Assembly: GCA_951406725.2 (NCBI GenBank)
Contig: OX597823.1
Location: 45,942,001 to 46,006,000, forward strand
Source: Octopus vulgaris
Lineage: Eukaryota
Direction: 5' to 3'
Length of the DNA stretch: 64,000 nt
The translations under genes and the position numbers were made by a program. Under the pieces are notes generated by a model, which did not search any database, had not been told where the DNA came from, and worked only from the letters and a program-made list of their open reading frames with translations. Positions 13,765-27,124 of this stretch are shown here, piece by piece (position 1 is the stretch's first letter; the number at the start of each line of letters is the position of its first letter).

Positions 13765-13863
13765 AACTTTCTCATTTGCTTGTATAGAAATTACAAAATT
13801 GATTTGAATTTATCATTTAATGATTAAATTATTTAGTTATTAAATTTTATTATTTTGTTTCCA

Positions 13864-13931
<68 letters not shown>

Positions 13932-14115
13932 GTATATATGTACATATAAATATAATGCATATGTATGTATTTGTATGTATATGTGTGTAATATACATATA
14001 TATATAGTTGAAAAGTATCTTTATATATATATAAAAATGCCATAAACAATTATAGAAAAATGGAGGAGTAAAAGATGCTGAATCAAAATTAGATTTAATA
14101 CAAAATACGATTCAA

Positions 14116-14214
14116 TACATGCGCACGTTTCAATGGACAATACAAATATGTTAGAAAAAATTATAACCATAGTAATTATAATTAAATTTATGCATCGTTA
14201 TTTTCATCAGTGTG
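14116..14214 (-). ncRNA. Degenerate hammerhead motif with extended stem II
   Basis: aca-CTGATGA-aaataacgatgcataaat...atatttgtattgtccatt-GAAA-CGTGCG-CA-tgt. The cleavage-site U is mutated to C. Confidence 0.55.
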
Positions 14215-15311
14215 AAGATTTTTTGTAAGGACATCAAAAAAGGCTTAATAAAATAGAGTAAACTAAAATAAGATACAATAAGCGAGAATACAAATGGGGT
14301 AATAGGGGGGAAATCGGATATTAGAAAGCAAGTTTTAAAAGGGGGAAAAATAACAGTAATAATAGTAGGAGAGATGAAAGGGGAAAAAAGACAGACATAA
14401 ATGTGTATGCACGTCTATTTGTGCGGAAAACTATAACATAGAAATAAGAATGAAATCTAATGAGTATGTTTTTTAAAATGGTAACAGGTCGAGACAAAGT
14501 ATAATAAACAGGGCTACGTGTGTATAGTAGAATATAACGTAACATTAATATGTATATATATAGAGAGTTATATATATACATATTAATATTGAAAAACGAA
14601 AAAATATATGTATATATATTTTACACGAGGCTAACAATTGATAGGCAAGACTATGTTTGAAAATAGTTACAATATTAAAGTAAAAATGTACATATATGCA
14701 GAGAAAAGAAACAAGGAGAACTTAACAAGGAAATGTGGTATATATCGAGTTAACTGTCAGATTAAACTAAAATTGCTTATATTATAACTGAATATCAAAA
14801 CACACACACACACACACACGCGCACACACCACACATACCTACACATACACACACGTACACACACGCATACATACAAACACACTCAGACAAGGGTAATGTT
14901 AATAGCGAGTTCGAAGCTTCGCCAATCTGACTTGTAAAGAACACAACAGGTGGCAAAATTTCAAAACCAATGTGAAAGTTTTCAATGCAAAACAAACACA
15001 AAAACAAAAACAAAAACAAAAACAAAAACAAAGCAATGTTAGGTTCTTAAATATATTTAGTGAGCCTGCAATAAAAGTCACTCTGTATTGTACAAAATTT
15101 CTTTTTAAAAATATCTATGTATGTATCTGTCTGTCTGTCTATGTATTTACCCATTTATCCTTTTCTCTCATCGTTTCTCTGTCTATCTATCTATTTGTCA
15201 GTCCATTTATTTAACTAAAGATAAAGAGATAGTTAGCAAGACAGAGATAAAGAAATACTAAAAAATTTAAAATTGAAAAAAAATATAGTTGTTGTTGAAT
15301 ATTTCACATAA

Positions 15312-15897
<586 letters not shown>

Positions 15898-16477
15898 TAG
15901 TAAAAAAAGCATAACTGTATTTTAAATAGGCATCCACAATTTGCTTGCACTTTCAAGTTTGGAGTACCACTCTTTGCCGGTTGCAAGAGTAATATCATTT
16001 TACTGATACTGTGACAACGGTGCAATGTAACAATTTGAATTTGTATTTAAAATCTGTTTATGCGGAAGCGTTGGTTTGCATTTGTGGATAACGAATCTAT
16101 CACGTAAAATAATAAAGATCCAACAAAACTGACGGTAGTGATCGTATGTTAAATATATGATCTGTAGGAGGTGACAAACGATGTGATTAATTTGTAATGA
16201 AAGATGAACGAACTTGTGTGTGTAGGAGGTCTAACAGATATTTTCAAAATTGTTATTCTAATGGATTGTTGAAACGCAACGATAATGTCTATATTTAGAA
16301 AATATAATTAATTTTGCTACAAATTTCCACTGAATATAACAAAAACAAAATTAAGATTAAAATTTAACTTATAGATATTGGAAATTTATTAGTTACTTAT
16401 TTCGTTAATTTCTAACGCATTTGCAAGTAATTAGACTAAAAGTTAATATTAAGAAATTATGGGAAGCAAAGTTATAT

Positions 16478-16508
16478 TTATATATACATATATAAGTATA
16501 TGGTTTTA

Positions 16509-16552
<44 letters not shown>

Positions 16553-16559
16553 TATATAT

Positions 16560-16603
<44 letters not shown>

Positions 16604-16860
16604 ATATATATAACGTATATATATACATATATACATGAATATATACATATATATATATATATATATATCCATATCCATATATATATATAAAATATATATA
16701 TGTATATATATGTATGTATATAGATATGTATATGTATATATATATATATATGGATATGATATATATATATACATATATATATATATGAATATATATATGC
16801 ATATGTATATGTATATATATATATGAATATATATATATACATATACATATATATATATAC

Positions 16861-16898
<38 letters not shown>

Positions 16899-16923
16899 AC
16901 ATTTCCATATACATATATATATA
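16478..16923. repeat. Long degenerate (TA)n/(TACA)n tract
   Basis: Read directly; source of the YIYI-type ORFs. Confidence 0.97.
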
Positions 16924-16949
16924 CAGATAGACAGACCGAAACCTTGAGT

Positions 16950-17252
16950 GTATTTGATAGACGGAAACTGAAAAATCTCGTCGTATATATGTGTGTGTGT
17001 GTGTACGCGCGCATATATGTGTGTGTGAATGTGTGAGTGTATATCTTTATTTCTGTGTTTGTATCTACCGCCGATTGATAACCGCTGTTGGTGTGTTTGC
17101 CTCCCCGTAACTGAGCGTTTCTGCAGAAAATAACTGATAGAATAAGTACTGTGTTAAACAAGTAGGTCCTGCTGTCGATTTGTTCGACTAAGATCCATTA
17201 AGGTGGTGCGCCAGAATTGCCGCAGTCAAATGACTGAAGCAGTCAAAAGATA
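16950..17252 (+). mobile_element. SINE family A, 5'-truncated and diverged
   Basis: agacggaaactgaaaaatctcgtcg...ctccccgtaactgagcg...gccgcagtcaaatgactgaagc. Confidence 0.85.
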
Positions 17253-17520
17253 AACGATGAAGATAGGCGTGTGCATGTATGTACGTATATATATATATAT
17301 ATCAATCATTCCATTTTCTCCCTGATAACAAACTGCAGTTTCTCTCTGTAGCATCTTACTTGGCGACACACGCAAATGGGCAAGGGAAGGTGATGAACTC
17401 TCATTCGTATTTTGAATTTGGCGGCACTAGCACTGAATATGATCTGTCTGATACCGTTGGGTGGAAAGATATATTCCAGTGCCCTCGAATTTAACATTTA
17501 ATATTTAATATTGTTGGAAT

Positions 17521-17606
17521 TCCACGCTGATGAGTCGAAAACGGTTGGGTAAAGTACAATTCTGTATTCTTTATACCGATCTAATTCCGAAACGCGCGTA
17601 CGTGGG
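17521..17606 (+). ncRNA. Minimal type I hammerhead ribozyme, PLE-type
   Basis: tccacg-CTGATGA-g...(cggt/accg, taaag/cttta, taca/tgta)...c-GAAA-CGCGCG-TA-cgtggg. 6-bp stem I, complete core, palindromic stem III ACGCGCGT. Predicted cleavage after 17600. Lies in an insert (~17300-17785) bounded by (TA)n. Confidence 0.85.
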
Positions 17607-17794
17607 TAACCAAATATGGATCGATTTTCGTTATTTTTCCTCTTTGCCTGCGTAGATTGTTTTCAAGTACTTTGGTTTTTCTGGGAGTCCCTTTTAAAGT
17701 AGAATAAATAGCTAAGGTTTCTTGACTGCTATTTCTAAACTTCGGTACGTGGTGAAGCAAATCTTTGCTGAACCCTAATTATAAAGTATATATG

Positions 17795-17866
<72 letters not shown>

Positions 17867-17964
17867 TGGCTTTTCGCAATATACAGCCGAAACGCAGCAA
17901 GTATAGTCGTCATTAAACAATTACAAGCTTCTCAAATTTAGGTGCATTTTCAACAACAAATTTG

Positions 17965-18037
<73 letters not shown>

Positions 18038-18367
18038 ATGTATGTGTCTGTGTATGTATGTGTACATAGGATTTGTCTGTGTGTGTCATTAACCTCTGTC
18101 TAGCTTTTCTTCAATCACACCACCTTGCTAACCTTTCTTTTTACTACCTCGAACGCTTTCTTAACACCCTATTCTATTCTTTTTAAACGTTTATGTTTGT
18201 AAACATTGCTCTGAGATACGCATTCGGCATTCTTCTCACGAGGAGGGTCACCTAGGTTGGGTTGACAAATACAGACACCTATGACAACATGCGCATATGT
18301 CTTGTATGAATGTGGTTACGGCGTAATCTACTGTGCTCCCGAAACAGTATTTCTGGTATTTATGCAT

Positions 18368-18402
<35 letters not shown>

Positions 18403-18403
18403 G

Positions 18404-18441
<38 letters not shown>

Positions 18442-18469
18442 GAGAGAGAGAGATTAATTGATAGATAAG

Positions 18470-18690
18470 GTAAAGACTCTCTTTAGTCTTAATTGACCAT
18501 GGGATTACACTTAGAAAGTTATCCTCTCAGGCATCAGTCCGGGCAATACAACTCATTTCTTCTGCTCAGTGAAGTGGAGCAACGTGAAATAAAGTGTCTT
18601 GCTTAAGAACACAAGACACAACCCAGTCCAGATATCGGACTCACTAACACGTGATTGCGTGCCCGACATTCAAACCACTGAGGCATGCAC
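18470..18690 (-). mobile_element. Decayed tRNA/CORE SINE (family D), internally deleted
   Basis: Minus-strand head tcagtggtttgaatgtcggg, CORE-like ttcttaagcaagacactttatttcacgttgctcc, and tail matching 35600-35685. Confidence 0.6.
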
Positions 18691-19653
18691 CTTCACACAC
18701 ACACACACACATACACACACACACACACACAATATCAGTTCTCGTTTGAAAGTTTTATCCCATCATCTAATAATGAAGTTGGATAATAGGATAAGATATG
18801 CCAAGAGAATTGATATCCTGATTCTAAGAGAGGTAAAATGAAATAACATGCCTGATTTAAATATACTATATTTCTATCCCCAGCCCCCTTTAATACAATT
18901 TCGTCATATGGACAATATATCAGAATTATTCATAATAGAAGAAAAAACATGGTAAATGATTTAGTAAATGAATTAAATAGGCAAGTCTTTATTCATTGTG
19001 AAATATCAAAATAAAAGTAAAAAAAACGTGATGAGGTCATTTAAAAAGAAAATTCTTACTACGAATTCTCCTACGGCAAAAATGTTTACGGCGCAACTTC
19101 CCATGGCTGTTTTTTATTAGATCTACCGCAACTAAGCTAGGTAGTGGTGTGCGGATGGATGGGCCTATAGGTGTGTATGATAGAGCAAGATTACGCATGC
19201 TTATAGCGGTAAATGTTCTGGATTGTTTATTACAGAATTCTTAAATTTAAGTACGTATGTATAACAAGGAATACGGCCTCATTGTTACCAGCAACAAAAA
19301 TGGGCATGCACATCGTAGGATTATGAAGAACCTTAAGACAGTCTTCCGGTGCACGACCTCTTTTTCTCTTTGTGTGTATAGGTATGTTTATATGTATGTG
19401 TGTGTGGCTGTATATATATTCATCTAGGTATAGTAACCAAATCAGAACCCCAACCAATTACACCTTCAAGAAATTGAATATTCTTCGGTTCTAACCCATT
19501 AGATGCGTACAGAAATTTGCCTTCCTATGATCCAACGTGGATAAAGTACATAGAAGACAAAGTGCTGTGTTTGATATAAGGAGTAGACCCTTTCAATGCC
19601 ATACCGTTGCTTGGCTGCAGCCAGGAATCTAAAACTAGTGAAAGAATAACTAT

Positions 19654-19752
19654 ACATGCATGCATACATACATACATACATACATACATACATACATACA
19701 TACATACATACATACATACATACATACATACATACATGTATATATATGTATA
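19654..19752. repeat. (CATA)n microsatellite
   Basis: Read directly from the sequence. Confidence 0.97.
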
Positions 19753-19754
19753 TA

Positions 19755-20310
19755 TAGGGTGTCCGTAAAGTTACAATACAATTATTTGTAATAAAGAAAT
19801 ATCATGATTAGACTAAGAAAATTTTCTGAAAATATATGTATTACATTAGAAAATATTGTAATAATATAGGCAATTAATTTCATTTACTACAGTTGTGATA
19901 AATGTTCAAATTTTAAGCCATTAGCTTCAATGCATTCTCGACAACGTTAAAGCACACTGTGACAAACTTTGGTACACAAGTCTGGATCGAGGTTAGGAAA
20001 TGCATCAATAATGAACTGCCGAAGATCTTCAATACTTCTTAGCTTCCTCTGACTTACAAACTTGGCTTGCTTGGCTTACAAACTGCTCGCAAAATTGAGA
20101 CCTGCGATCCGGATCCTCCTTCAGAAGTCCGTGAATTAGGAGCAGAATGTAAGGTTTCATATTGAGTTTTGTAAGTATTTTACGTAGTGATGTACATTTG
20201 ATATCAATTTCTGAACTACGACGGCGAATTGATTTCTTTGGGCTTCATACATATGTCTCAGCAACCGTATCATTGAGTTGTTTTCAGCCTAACACTCTAG
20301 TAACTTTCCT
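19755..20310 (-). mobile_element. Internally deleted mariner-like transposon (rosa/DD41D-like)
   Basis: End tagggtgtcc after TA (CAGGGTGTCC-type TIR). The minus strand translates to SPKKSIRRRSSEIDIKCTSLRKILTKLNMKPY...DPDRRSQFC joined to C-terminal RSIEDLRQFIIDAF...RCRECIEANGLKFEHL. The catalytic DDD region is missing. Confidence 0.8.
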
Positions 20311-20368
20311 GTACATATGTGTGTGTGTGTATGTGTGAACATCTGTATACATATATCAACATATATAT

Positions 20369-20768
20369 TTCTTTATTGCCCACATAGGGCTAAACATATA
20401 GGGGACAAACAAGGACAGACAAAGGGATTAAGTCGATTATATCGACCCCAGTGCGAAACTGGTACTTTATTTATCGACCTTGAAAGGATGAAAGGCAAAG
20501 TCGACCTCGGCGGAATTTGAACTCAGAACGAAATACCCATTTCTTTACTGCCCACAAGGGGCTACACACAGAGGGGACAAACAAGGAAAGACAAACGGTT
20601 TAAGTCAATTATATTGACCCCAGTGCGTAACTGGTACTTATTAATCGACCCCGAAAGGATGAAAAGAAAAGTCGACCTCGGCAGAATTTGAACTCAGAAC
20701 GTAATGGCAGACGAAATACCACTAAGCATTTCGCCCGGCGCGCTAACGTTTCTGCCAGCTCGCCGCCT
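20369..20768 (-). mobile_element. SINE family B with tandemly duplicated body/tail
   Basis: Head ggcggcgagctggcagaaacgttagcgcgccgggcg and conserved core gagttcaaattccgccgaggtcgactttgcctttcatcctttc...gtcgat...aagtaccag. The ~163-bp unit occurs twice (20369-20530, 20538-20701). Confidence 0.9.
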
Positions 20769-22623
20769 TACATATATCAACATATATCCAGAGAGATAAG
20801 TATATAGATGTGTGCGCGCGTATTTTTTATCATCAGTTCTATAGTTATTAATATATGTATTGTCAAGATTTTGTGTCTTCGCATTATTTTTGGTCGAACT
20901 TCTCAAATATACGTTAGCTCTAATCCAGCTGACCTACAATGAAACGCGTCCCAGATGCGAAAATGTTTTCTGACATAGGATAACTAGGTTTACATTAAAT
21001 GTTTGTTTTCCTTTTTTAGGTCAGTAAGGTGTATTTGACGGATATTTGTCTGATGGGAAGGCTTTCTCTTTGTTTCGTGTCAGATCCATAGCAATTCAGT
21101 ATATTGGATGGACTACGACAGACAATGATGTATTATTGATCGTCCGTGACAGAAACCTTGAACTTTTTTAGTCGAGAATCAAATATGCTGTGAAGATTTG
21201 ACTCGCTTGTATTCATTCCTCTTCCTCCCACCCTCCCTTATACATCTAACGATATACCTCTCCGCCTGCACGCGTCCATTTCCTTTAGCTAATTCCTCTT
21301 TTTTTTTCGATCACAATATATCCTGTATTTTCAAATTGTTCATTACAATTATTAATTTCCCCAGGCACCAACAGTATATACTTCCCTCTGCGTAATGACT
21401 AGCACGGATCATATAGCAGTGTGTCTTACTCTCACGAGGAATATTCTAATTCAACAGTATAAAATAACTGATGCCTCTTGGAAGAAGTAATTGACTAGAT
21501 AATTAGCTAAACATTGACTGAGATGTAAGCAATTAAAAACCAAGTTCTCTTTTTCAAATTAGTTCGATAGACCAAAAACCACTGCGGATTGTTTTTAGAA
21601 TGTTTCCTTAGGCATTACTCTTCAGCTGCCGAACTTTGTATAAATACAGACTCTGGACCGGTGTTATTATGATCCATCAAGCCATGTAAATTGCCTGAGT
21701 ATTCTGATTGATCTCACATCTTTTTCTAGAATGTTGTACAGAATAGCTTAAGTAAAAATGAAAAATAAGCCATTGATTTCCTAACACATATTATGATGGC
21801 TCTATTATTGACTTATATACTTTATAATTCCCATGTAGGAATGTATATATACCTGACACTTTAGGATGGACAATATCTGTCAATATATCCATAATGATTC
21901 AGTATTCATTTGTGAATACTGAATATTTGATATAATCATTGAAAGTTTCATATTTGATATTATATAAATTTTGTATTTGACAAATAAACAGATTTTAAAA
22001 AATGAAAGTAACTTAATTGACCCAATACATTTCCCAAAAATGATCTGGAAAAGAAATGTTTCCTAAACATGTTTAATTAGAAAAAAGGAAAGAGGAAAAA
22101 CAATACCTAAACGCCTTAGTGTTAGTGAGTTTGCCTAGAAAAGCATTTAAAAAAAAATTAAATCTGCAAACTTAATTTTATTTCATCTCGCCTGCAAAAG
22201 AACATAACATTGATTAAGAAAGAACTGAACAAATCGAGTGAAAAAAATTCACTTTCGTTCTTGTATATTTCTCAATTCGTTTTCATGTAAATAAAAGCAA
22301 GAATGATTAATTGAGAGAAATACGGTGTAAGTCCTTTCTATATTGTTTAACGGTATGCGTTTCACTGGGAAGCAATTTGAGCAAAATTTACATTCATCTG
22401 CTTTGAGTAGCTGAATATCTAAACAAAACACATTTCGAGGGAGGAATAATCAGGCGGCAGAGGGATAATATACTAATTACATATTACCATGTAGAATTTT
22501 CTCCTGTTTGTATATAAACAAGTATTTGTTTTCTTCCTATTTCCAAACATGCTGTAAATTAAGAAATTTCTTTTCTTGGTGGTGTTTCCGATCGGTAATA
22601 TTTTGTTAATTTTGTTCTTACTA

Positions 22624-22668
<45 letters not shown>

Positions 22669-22678
22669 GGTGGTGGTG
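22624..22678. repeat. (GAT)n-(GGT)n microsatellite
   Basis: Read directly; explains the poly-D/G/H/P/S ORFs. Confidence 0.97.
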
Positions 22679-22825
22679 ACGATATTGATGAAGAAGTAAA
22701 TGTTGGTGTTGTTTTCTCAGATGAAAATTGGTTGTTATCTCTAAAATCTGATAGCAAAGACAAATTAATTTATTAGATTTTAAAAAAAAAGTTGCAACAA
22801 CAGGTAGATAATGCACAAACGCACG

Positions 22826-22874
<49 letters not shown>

Positions 22875-22880
22875 CACACA

Positions 22881-22923
<43 letters not shown>

Positions 22924-23874
22924 GCATACGTATGTATGCGTGTGTGTATACATTAATATATGTATTTGCATGTGCGTTTGTGAGTCAGTATATTTCGGTA
23001 TAAATAATGTATAATCGCATGTGTAGATTTCGTATGTACCTGATTGCGTGTGCATAATTATTTATATACGTACATAAACACACACACACGCACACAAACT
23101 CACACACACACACATATATATACATGCTGATATTTTGGAGTATTATTGTATATTTTCTTTTATATAGACTGAATTTATGTGAACTATAGGTTTTTCTAAC
23201 TTCTAATATAAATTGTATTCGAATTAGAGTGCTTGCTAAAACGAATAACTGAATAATTGATGATGCTTCACATCTAGATATAAAGAAGTGCTTAAATGTG
23301 TACTTAAATATAAATATATGCCTACGTAGACAAATATAATATATGCATAGAAACATACGTACGTACATAGACATCCTCAAAGAGCGAGAGTTGTACACAT
23401 GCTCAAGGTATATAAATATCATTTATTTTGTTTTATATTTTGTAATTTTTTCGTAATATAGACAAATTGAACTAAACTGAATATCGACATACCGTATGAG
23501 GCAAGTTTAGAATGGTATCACTGTTTCGATTTCATCACAGCGCGGCAAACTCTCTCACATCATAGTTTTAGCTCACCCAAAGCATTCTGTGTGAAGTTTG
23601 ATGAGCGGAAAGAAGTTTGTATTAGCCGTTTGAGTGTACAGAACTGTTGCTTGGATGGTAATCAAAATTCAACACTAGATTTTTATACCAGTATCTGGTT
23701 CGTGAGTACACAGACCCCGAGTCGCCTCACTTGTAAGTATTCGGAACAAGTCTTCGGACCGAATGCAACATATGAGTATTGGTTTATTTCTCCGTTTCTT
23801 TCATTACACTGAAAATGGCATGTACTTCCTTTCCTCTTCCTCTTCTCACATAACTGCTTTTCACATACGAAGTA

Positions 23875-23875
<1 letters not shown>

Positions 23876-23923
<48 letters not shown>

Positions 23924-23954
23924 CAACAACAACAACAACAACAATAGTAATAAT
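23876..23954. repeat. (AAT)n-(AAC)n microsatellite
   Basis: Read directly from the sequence. Confidence 0.97.
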
Positions 23955-24245
23955 AACAAGAGCACTCAGAGAGCGCAAACCACCGTCAAGGCAACACCAG
24001 CATCCTCTCAACGATTAGTCAGAGATGACTTTTTAAAATGAGAATATCTGAAATAAACTCGACTACTCTCATAAACCAGAATACCAAAAGTGAACCTGAC
24101 CGCTCTCAAAAATTAAGTCCGATACCGAATTGATCCCCAAATCTAATCATTTCGCGCCAGTCACGGAGCGAAATATCGCTGAAAGTTTCTTCCTAATCCA
24201 TCCAGCGGTTCTTGAAATATCTTGTTCACGGACAAACAAACAAAC
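23955..24245 (+). mobile_element. Non-autonomous Helentron/HINE-like DNA element fragment
   Basis: Start aacaagagcactcagagagcgcaaacc and end aatccatccagcggttcttgaaatatcttgttcacggacaaacaaacaaac resemble, from recall, the (ACAA/ACAG)n-containing HINE-type elements. Classification is uncertain. Confidence 0.45.
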
Positions 24246-26660
24246 AGCTGCTTTGAGGACAGCCTCCAGGTACCGATGGTCGACCCTATCGAATATCTTC
24301 GATTGATCTAAATGGATCAACGCCCACTGAAGCCACGTTCACACCCTACCCTGTCTATGATGTATCGCATGATGTGGAGGTTGTCGTGTATGAACCTGGT
24401 CGGGATTGCGTAGGTTTGTGCCTCCCCGACCAAATCCTCAACGACAAGCACCAGCCATTTCGCTAACACCTTGGCTGAAATCATAAACTCTGTGTTGAAG
24501 GGAGTTATGGGTGTGAAGTTATCTAGTGTGCCTCCTTATCTTCGTCTTTCTTTATCAGCGTCACTACGCCTCGGCTCACAGAACAGGGAATACTTCCGTT
24601 CTGCTGACAGTTGAAGTAGAGCGCTTCGAGAAGATCGGAGAACAAATCTAGCATATTTACGCAAAACTCGTGGGGCAGACCATCTAAACCGGTTGACTTG
24701 CGTCTCGTGTAGCCAGCAAAAGCACCCTGGATTTCAGCTGAAGCTATATGCCTTTCACAGCGCTCAGTTTCGGCCGTCGAAGTAGGGACTGAAGTCCACC
24801 ACTGTCTCCGCCCCACCACTCTCCACAAACAGCCGAGCAAAGTGCTGGCGAACGGCCTCACACATCTGCCTGGAGTCGCTCAGCTTGTGTCCGTCTTGGT
24901 CGTCAAAGATCGTATTGTGATTTTGTTACCACGCTGCATCTCCGCCACGTTGGGCTATCGAACAGATTTGATCCCCTCGTTTCTAAGAGGACGCGCCTTA
25001 ACTCTGACAATGCAAACTTCATATTTCACATTGAAGAACTGGCTTAATGGCATTCTCGCTGGTAGCACGTTGGTTGCAATGCCACTACAAATAACCTCGT
25101 TAGCTACTAACCCCTCTCCTTCATATTTTTTCTAACGCTGTTTCTTTGCTAAACCCTATCGATATTACTCTAATCTCTCATTTGAGAGCCGCCCACCACC
25201 TGTTGTTGACTACCCTCCCTGTCAACGTCTGCTTAACTAAATTGTTGACCCGGTCCCTGTAAACCTTACGTGCCGGAAACGACATGTTCAGTTTCCAGTA
25301 CGCGGGTCCTGACCAACGCGTCTTTTCTAAGTCGACCGTACAGATTACAAACTTATGATCTGAATAGACGATCGTTTTAAAAAGTGGACATCTGTTTTCT
25401 CAGTGAAAATCCTAGCTATTGCAATATATACCATCTAGATGACCATAAGCGGTTGGTCTAGGTCCACACTGGCGCATTAGGGAAATCTCGTAACTTACTT
25501 GTTAGACAGTTTGAACTGGATGACCAGGTAATTGAGGCTTTTGCAATACCAGCTTCTATCAGCTACTTCCACACGATCCCAGAGTTGGTCTAAGTTTCCG
25601 TTCCAGTCCCCCACTAACAGAAAAGAGCGAAACGTACCTAGAAAGGCTTCCAGACGCCTAAAGTAATCCGGCAGTTTGGCTCCAGTAGGGACAAAGACGG
25701 TCACCAGTCTAAAGACACCACCTTCACTATTGCTCATGACCACGAGCACCTACTTTTCGTCCGGGTCCCAGAAGATTAACCTTACCTCGAGATCCAGTTC
25801 TTTCCTAAACAGCACTGACACTCCACCTCCCATTCCCGGCCAACTAACAGATGCAAAGATCTGGTAGTCATCGAAAATGGGGGCTAGTGCGCGTGTATTG
25901 GAAACCCTGTTCTCACTGACAGCAATTACATCCAATATTAAAGACTTGAGATAGTTGAGCAGGCGCCCTTGCTTCCAGACCCCGAACATTTAAAATTCCT
26001 ACTCTTAATATGGCCATGTTGGCAAGCTAAAGAGAGAAGGGTAAGATTTACTTACTTCCCGGTGTCTGGTGAAGGTCGGGTGTCTCGACTTCCATAATTG
26101 GTGAGGTTTTCTTGGGGATCCCCTTTAAGAGTCTCGATGTGAGTCTCAAATTCGTGGTTCCCACGTCACCAGGAAAGCTCTCTCAAATTTTTATGTAGGA
26201 ATCGAGTGACATTCGCACCAGAAACGATTCAGGTGCGCGAAATGTGCTCGATTCGAAAATCACTCCCGCTGTTTCAAATTCAATGTTTTTTTGTGTTACG
26301 AGGGCTATCAGTTCCTCGTTGTCCCTTCTGATGAGTGTTTTGTGTTGGTGTTGTTTTACTTCTTTGCTTGACTGTAGTGGTGATGGTCTTGTTGTTGTTG
26401 TCTTGGTTGTGTCTGTGTTTGCCTTGAGTGTGATATCTGTAGTTTTAGATGTTTGCGTGAGTGTTTGTTCTTGTGTCTGTTTAGGTTGTTTGTGTTTGGG
26501 GGATTCTGGTGATTGTGATGGTGTTTGTTGTGCTGGTGCTGGTCTTATTGGGGAGATATTTGTGTGGGTGGTGTTTGTATGTGTTGTTATGCTTTGTGGA
26601 GTTTTCTTTTGTGCTTATTTGCTTTTACAGCCACAGACACCTCTTTTCCAGTAGTGTAGA
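24246..26660 (-). mobile_element. Decayed Tx1/L1-clade LINE (ORF1 tail, APE endonuclease, N-terminal RT), 3'-truncated
   Basis: APE motifs LDVIAVSENR, GGGVSVLF, FRLVTVFVP, FLLVGDWN (25495-25989). RT motifs RKSTGLDGLPHEF, GVVTLIKK, DNLHIMRYII and LDQSKIFDRVDHRYLEAVLKAA (24246-24861). Low-complexity T/Q/P-rich ORF1-like segment at 26050-26650. Confidence 0.9.
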
Positions 26661-27124
26661 TGAAGGCTCCAAAAAGCAAATAAGCACAAAAGAATGAGAA
26701 GCAATTCATTTCAAAATTATTTAAAGAAAGGAAAACAATTCCAATGCTGTCTTCATCATTCTGAGAAGACTTGTTATTGTATCATGCTGATAGGATCACT
26801 TTACCAAAGATCTTTATTTGATAGGGTCTTTAATAATTACTATGACATTGTTCGTACTGAAAAAAATGATATCAACTATTAGGGTTTCACAAATTCTTCC
26901 AGATTAGTACTGAGCCACTCAGTACTGTAACTCCTTCTTTAACACCAAATGATCACAGATTACTTTTCTTACAAGAAAACCACATCTATATTATCGATTA
27001 ACCCTACAAAATCGGATACTAGTAAACTTAGAAAGAGAATATTACGTAATATTTTTCTTTGCATGAAGAAAATAATAAACTGTATTCGTATGTGTTTAAC
27101 ATTCCATAAAAGAAGGATTCAAAA

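Noticed and set aside
18234-18350. Hammerhead-like cgagga-ggg...ccc-gaaa-cagta (similar weak cases at 4020-4068, 20813-20838, 23517-23542, 52245-52315)
   Set aside because: The core and stems are too degenerate to separate from chance.
21595-21630. Minus-strand CTGAAGA...GAAA.TC hammerhead-like spacing
   Set aside because: No stem I or stem II pairing.
26244-26654. Hydrophobic 136-aa plus-strand ORF resembling a membrane protein
   Set aside because: Antisense of the low-complexity ORF1-like region of the LINE.
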